A stretch of DNA of 64,000 nucleotides. Source: an uncultured candidatus Porisulfidus sp. (GTDB lineage Bacteria; Pseudomonadota; Gammaproteobacteria; Poriferisulfidales; Poriferisulfidaceae). A program made the translations under genes and the position numbers. Location: positions 480,001 through 544,000 of the forward strand of contig OZ220480.1 of NCBI GenBank assembly GCA_965116025.1, read 5' to 3'. The notes under the pieces were generated by a model. The model was not told the DNA's origin, did not search any database, and saw only the letters and a program-made list of their open reading frames with translations. Shown here one piece after another: positions 59,338-64,000 of this stretch (its first letter is position 1; the number at the start of each line of letters is the position of its first letter).

Positions 59338-60849
59338 ATGCGAGAAATCACACCGGTCTCGATGGATCTGCTGCTGAGCGCGGTGGATATCCTGGCCTCC
59401 GTCCTGTTGCTCGGAATCGGGGTCCTGATCTTGGTCGCGATGGCGCTCTACATCATCGACGCCACGCAGACCCGCCACGCGGTGCGCCGCAACTACCCCG
59501 TCATCGGACGCTTCCGGTACTGGTTCGAGCATCTGGGGGAGTTCTTCCGCCAGTACTTCTTCGCCATGGACCGCGAGGAGATGCCGTTCAACCGGGCGCA
59601 ACGCTCCTGGATCTACCGCGCCAGCAAGAACATCACCAATACCCTGCCATTCGGCTCGACCCGGGATCTGACGCGCCCCGGAACCATCCTGTTCGTCAAC
59701 GACCCCTACCCGGATCTGAGCCAGAAAGACGTCCGTCCTCCTCCGCTGACCATCGGCCCGGACACCGCCGAACCCTACTCCAGCGAACGTTTCTTCCATA
59801 TTTCCGGGATGAGCTACGGCGCGATCTCGAACGTCGCCGTCAAGGCGCTGTCGCGCGGCGCCGCCAAGGCGGGCTGCTGGCTCAATACCGGCGAGGGCGG
59901 GCTGTCTCCGTATCACCTGGAGGGCGGCTGCGATCTCGTCTTCCAGATCGGGACCGCCAAGTATGGCGCGCGCGACGAGCGCGGCGGCCTGTCGGAGGCG
60001 CGCGTCCGGGAGCTGGCCCAAATCCCGCAAGTGCGCATGTTCGAGATCAAGCTCTCCCAAGGCGCCAAGCCCGGCATGGGCGGGCTTCTGCCGGGGATCA
60101 AGGTGACGGAGGAGATCGCCCGAATCCGCGGCATCCCGCAAGGCAAGACCTCGCGTAGCCCACGGCGACATCCAGAGATCGGCAACTCCGCGGAGTTGCT
60201 CGACATGGTCGCCCGACTCCGGGATCTGGCCGGCAAGCCGGTCGGCTTCAAGACCGTGATCGGCTCCGAGCGAACGCTGGACGACTGGATTGAGGAGATT
60301 CTGCGCCGGGGGAGCGACTCCGCGCCGGATTTCATCACCGTCGACAGTTGCGATGGCGGTAGCGGGGCCGCGCCGATGCCCCTGCTCGATTCCGTTGGGC
60401 TGCCATTGCGCGAGAGCCTTCCGATGGTGGTCGACCGCCTGGAGCGGAGCGGCCTGCGCGAGCGCGTCCGCGTCATCGCGTCCGGCAAGCAGGTAAATCC
60501 GACCGACGTCGCCTGGGCCTTGTGCCTGGGCGCGGACTTCGTCTGCTCGGCGCGCGCCTTCATGTTCGCGCTTGGCTGCATCCAAGCCATGCAGTGCAAC
60601 CGCAACACCTGTCCCACCGGGGTAACCACGCACGACCCGCGGTTGCAGCAGGGACTGGACCCGGTCGACAAGGCCGTTCGGGTCGCCCACCTCGCGCGCA
60701 ACATGGAGGCGGAGGTCGCCATGATCGCCCACTCCTGCGGCGTCTCCCACCCGCGCGCGCTGGATCGGACCCACGCGCGCATCGTGCAGCCGAACGGCCT
60801 GAGCGTCTCGCTGCGTCAGCTCTATCCTCCGCCCGCCCGCGCCGCCTGA
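59338..60849 (+). CDS. FMN-binding glutamate synthase family protein (stand-alone domain)
   Basis: 'NYPVIGRFR', 'SGMSYGA', 'NTGEGG', 'EIKLSQGAKPG', 'GCIQAMQCNRNTCPTG'; start may be 59362. Confidence 0.92.
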   Translation: MREITPVSMDLLLSAVDILASVLLLGIGVLILVAMALYIIDATQTRHAVRRNYPVIGRFRYWFEHLGEFFRQYFFAMDREEMPFNRAQRSWIYRASKNITNTLPFGSTRDLTRPGTILFVNDPYPDLSQKDVRPPPLTIGPDTAEPYSSERFFHISGMSYGAISNVAVKALSRGAAKAGCWLNTGEGGLSPYHLEGGCDLVFQIGTAKYGARDERGGLSEARVRELAQIPQVRMFEIKLSQGAKPGMGGLLPGIKVTEEIARIRGIPQGKTSRSPRRHPEIGNSAELLDMVARLRDLAGKPVGFKTVIGSERTLDDWIEEILRRGSDSAPDFITVDSCDGGSGAAPMPLLDSVGLPLRESLPMVVDRLERSGLRERVRVIASGKQVNPTDVAWALCLGADFVCSARAFMFALGCIQAMQCNRNTCPTGVTTHDPRLQQGLDPVDKAVRVAHLARNMEAEVAMIAHSCGVSHPRALDRTHARIVQPNGLSVSLRQLYPPPARAA

Positions 60850-60855
60850 TCCGAC

Positions 60856-62106
60856 ATGGAGCTGGTTCTCCTGATCTCCAGCCTCGCGGGCCTGCTGCTC
60901 TTGGGTCTGGTCCTGAAACCCATCCTCAACTACCTGAGGTTTCCGTTCGAGGCGCTGCTTCTCCTCCTCGGCTTCGCCTTCAGCGGGCTGTTCCTCGACG
61001 CCGACCAGCTGGGCCTGCACAGCGGCATGCTGCGCGACATGGTGTTCTACGTGTTCCTGCCCATCCTGATTTTCTCCGCCGCCTACAGCATGGACGTTCC
61101 GAGGTTCGCGCGCAACCTGCCCGGCATCCTTCTTCTGGCGCTGCCGCTGGCGCTGATTTCCCTGGCCCTCACAACCGTGCTGATCTATTACGGCATCAGT
61201 CATCCAACCGGATTTCCGTGGATCGCCGCGCTCCTGACCGGCACCATGCTGATCGCCACGCACAGCCAGGCTCTCCAGCAAGTGTTTCGACACCTGAATC
61301 TGCCTCCAGATCTGCGCACCCTGATCCAAGGGGAGGATCTGCTGAACAACGCGCTCGGCATCGTGCTGTTCGCGCTCCTGCTGGCTTTCGCGCTGGAGCC
61401 CGATCTGGCGCTCGCCCCCGGAGAGATCGCGCTCTACATCGCCTGGGAAGTGATCGGCGGCGCCGTCGTCGGGCTCGCCATCGGCTTCTTCGCGCTAATC
61501 TTCCTCCGGGTGCGCCATCCTTCGCCCCACGAGGTGGCCCTGTTCACCCTGGTCACCGCCTATATGGCGTACTTGGTCGCGGACCACGCGCTCAACGTCT
61601 CCGGTGTCCTGTCCGTGCTGGCGACCGCGCTGATCATGGGCCGCACCATGCACCAGGATTTGGACGCGCCCCGGGACCATTTCGTGGGCGAGTTCTGGCG
61701 CCTCATGGCGACCCTGGCCGAATCCATGCTGTTCCTGATGCTCGGAATCAGCATCTCGATCGACATCTTCTCCGAGCGCTATCTAGCCATCCTGATCGGC
61801 ATCGGCGCGGTGCTCCTGGCCCGCATCGCCGGACTCTCCCTAGTCATGCCGTTGCTGACTCGAACGAACAAGGCACTGAAGGGCCTGCCGGATCACAACA
61901 TCCTGTATTTCAGCAGCGCGCGCGGCGCCGTCACCGTGGGACTGGCGCTTAGCGTGCCGATCGCGCTCGACTACTGGTGGACGATCGAATCCATCGGCTT
62001 CGGGGTGGTGCTGTTCTCGGTGATGGTCCAAGCCCCCTTGCTGGAACTCTGGCGACGGAAAAAGCTGGAAAGCGGGGAAGCGGGGAAACGGGATGGCGTG
62101 AAGTGA
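60856..62106 (+). CDS. Cation:proton antiporter (CPA1/NhaP-like)
   Basis: ~12 TMs, 'FLPILIF.AA', 'GE.LLN', 'VSGVL', 'RGAV..LAL'. Confidence 0.85.
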   Translation: MELVLLISSLAGLLLLGLVLKPILNYLRFPFEALLLLLGFAFSGLFLDADQLGLHSGMLRDMVFYVFLPILIFSAAYSMDVPRFARNLPGILLLALPLALISLALTTVLIYYGISHPTGFPWIAALLTGTMLIATHSQALQQVFRHLNLPPDLRTLIQGEDLLNNALGIVLFALLLAFALEPDLALAPGEIALYIAWEVIGGAVVGLAIGFFALIFLRVRHPSPHEVALFTLVTAYMAYLVADHALNVSGVLSVLATALIMGRTMHQDLDAPRDHFVGEFWRLMATLAESMLFLMLGISISIDIFSERYLAILIGIGAVLLARIAGLSLVMPLLTRTNKALKGLPDHNILYFSSARGAVTVGLALSVPIALDYWWTIESIGFGVVLFSVMVQAPLLELWRRKKLESGEAGKRDGVK

Positions 62107-62363
62107 GCGGGAGGATCCGAGAGGATCGTCGAGACCAGATCTCCGCTTGATACGGAGGAGCGCGAGACTTCAACCAAATCTCGCCAGATTCTCAGCTCAG
62201 CGCGGGCGATCCCACGCGGCGCTCGCTATCATCTGGAGCGCATCCAGCGCGAAATCAAGATGCCATCGCGGCAAGAAAAACTCTCCTTCAGAAAATAGCG
62301 AGGAGCCCATTTCCGGCAAGACGCGGCCCCAGCTTGAGCGCCGGGACCGCGATCAGAAACGGA

Positions 62364-63270
62364 TCAGAAACGAACCTTCAGAAGGACGCTCGCGCCATAA
62401 TCATGATTGTCGCCGCCTGACGCCGCGTAGTGAGCGTCCGCCGAGAGCGTCGATTCCCCCTGCGCGTCCAGCGTCATCACGCCCCCGACGCCAATCCGCG
62501 CCCACGTCGACTCCACCTCCGACTCCAGCCGCGTCCCCGATGCCATCACGGCGCGATCCTCCGAAAACTCATGCTCCACGTCCAATGAGGCGTACGTCGG
62601 ACCATTCTCCAACGACACCCCGACCCGCGCCTTGAGACTGTCCTCCGAGCTGAACTCCACCCGACCGCTTCCGGCCACGCCCGAAACGTCGTCGAAATCG
62701 TCGATGTCCACCGACGACCAGGTCACCCCCCCGCGCGGGATCACCGCCAAACCGTCCATCTCCATCCGCCTGCCGACTTCCACGCCGATCGCGTGGCCGT
62801 CTCCGTCCAAGCCAGACCTCACCATCCCTCGAGTCTCCGAGCTCAGGTCGATGTCCTCGAACCGCGTGTACGAGAACTCCCCATCCGCGTACCAGCCGTC
62901 CTCCGCCCGCCAGGTCGCCGACAAGCCGACGCCCATGCCCGACGCGTCGATCTTCCCGCCGCGCTTGACGTCCGCCTCGCCATCCCGATAGTGCGCGCTC
63001 ACCCCCAGCGTCACGCCCGGCGCGTCCGTGGAAATCACGAAGCCCGTCTCCACGCCCCAGCGCTCGAAGTCCCAAGACAGATCATGTCCGGCATCGTCCA
63101 TGGAAGTCGTGGACATATCCGCCTCGCGCTCGCCGTCGCTCGCCAAGACCCGAGCCCAAACGCCCCCGCCGTCCCGCGTCGCCGACAAGCGCGCCTGACG
63201 ACCACCCGGAGCGCTCATCTCCAGCAGCACCGACGGCAGCGCCTCGTACACCCGAGCCCGGGCGTGATAC
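62364..63270 (-). repeat. Paralogous autotransporter linker/barrel region, copy 2
   Basis: Long identical DNA tracts shared with 28078-28985. Confidence 0.9.
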
Positions 63271-64000
63271 GCCTGGCCTGAGTCCATGAACTGGTGCCCG
63301 CCCTCAATCGTCTTCAGGGTAACCCTGGTGACATCGTACACGCCGCGCGTCTCGAGGCCCGGGCTGAGGGTGTACTCCCCGTCCACCTTCACCCCATCGA
63401 AGGTCGTCGTTCCGCTGTTGAGCATCTTCCCCTTGACATAGCCAATGCGCCCGACAGCGTCCTTCTTCATCGTGATGATCAGCCCCCCGTCCGACTTCAC
63501 CGCGGTTCCAGATGCAGCCTCGACCTTCGCCTTCGGCCCGATCACCAGCGTTCCGCCCTTCATCATCCGAACGCCAACATAGTCTCCGTCGCCGCCCATG
63601 ACCTTGCCGTTGATCGTGACCGTCTGGTCATATTGCCCTTTCCGGGCGTGGCTGGCGGCGAAGGTCCGCATGCCCTTGACGTACACCCCGTCCTTCTTGG
63701 CTCGGACCATCGCCATCTCCCCCACCGTGACCATGGTCTCCCCGGCCATGGGCGCTTCCATCTCCGTATAGGTGGTGGCGGTCTCGGCGTACACGCCATG
63801 CCCGTCCGCCATGATCGTCCCGCCCGACACGTCGATCGTGACCGGGATGATCATCTTGGCGGCCGCGTCACCCTCGTCGTCCACGTCCTTCACATAGGCG
63901 AGAATCCCGTCCCCCTTCGACGTGATGTCCGCCTTCGACGTGATCTCGATCTTCCCGATCTTGGCATCGTAAGTGGAGGAGTCGCTGGCGCTGAACGTCT
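62364..64000 (-). CDS. Type Va autotransporter, paralog of 28078-30708 (5' part beyond the window)
   Basis: Frame stays open to the window end; barrel ends 'VLLKVRF'; passenger repeats resemble the first copy. Confidence 0.88.
   Translation of the reverse strand, partial: TFSASDSSTYDAKIGKIEITSKADITSKGDGILAYVKDVDDEGDAAAKMIIPVTIDVSGGTIMADGHGVYAETATTYTEMEAPMAGETMVTVGEMAMVRAKKDGVYVKGMRTFAASHARKGQYDQTVTINGKVMGGDGDYVGVRMMKGGTLVIGPKAKVEAASGTAVKSDGGLIITMKKDAVGRIGYVKGKMLNSGTTTFDGVKVDGEYTLSPGLETRGVYDVTRVTLKTIEGGHQFMDSGQAYHARARVYEALPSVLLEMSAPGGRQARLSATRDGGGVWARVLASDGEREADMSTTSMDDAGHDLSWDFERWGVETGFVISTDAPGVTLGVSAHYRDGEADVKRGGKIDASGMGVGLSATWRAEDGWYADGEFSYTRFEDIDLSSETRGMVRSGLDGDGHAIGVEVGRRMEMDGLAVIPRGGVTWSSVDIDDFDDVSGVAGSGRVEFSSEDSLKARVGVSLENGPTYASLDVEHEFSEDRAVMASGTRLESEVESTWARIGVGGVMTLDAQGESTLSADAHYAASGGDNHDYGASVLLKVRF

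Overview
High-GC gammaproteobacterial chromosome segment. Positions ~476-13850 hold a compact, translationally coupled, minus-strand type IV secretion (mating-pair formation) cluster of the PFGI-1/ICEHin1056 'type G' class: TraG_N, TIGR03755, VirB4/TraC, TraU-like TIGR03756, lipoprotein, VirB10-like, TIGR03749/46/50/45/58, RAQPRD and TIGR03759 homologues. Within the window it lacks the coupling protein, lytic transglycosylase, relaxase, integrase and replication genes. It abuts the core pgeF-rluD/bamD locus, contains two small orphan ORFs and carries a duplicated palindromic upstream motif. This is the best candidate here for an undescribed system: a possibly domesticated MPF-G secretion apparatus. 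The rest is mostly housekeeping (nadE, pilD-coaE-zapD, recG-ridA-spoT-rpoZ, rnr-rlmB-purD, rho-trxA, a beta-oxidation operon, cysS-hisI-aas-like). Accessory insertions are two paralogous autotransporters with ~85% identical barrels, a putative type II R-M pair, an orphan DNA methyltransferase, a pure RTX-repeat protein and an AT-hook/DUF1640-like membrane protein. An Alvin_2107-like small protein suggests a sulfur oxidiser. Family assignments come from motif recognition and gene order, not database searches. No rRNA, tRNA, CRISPR array or transposase was recognised.
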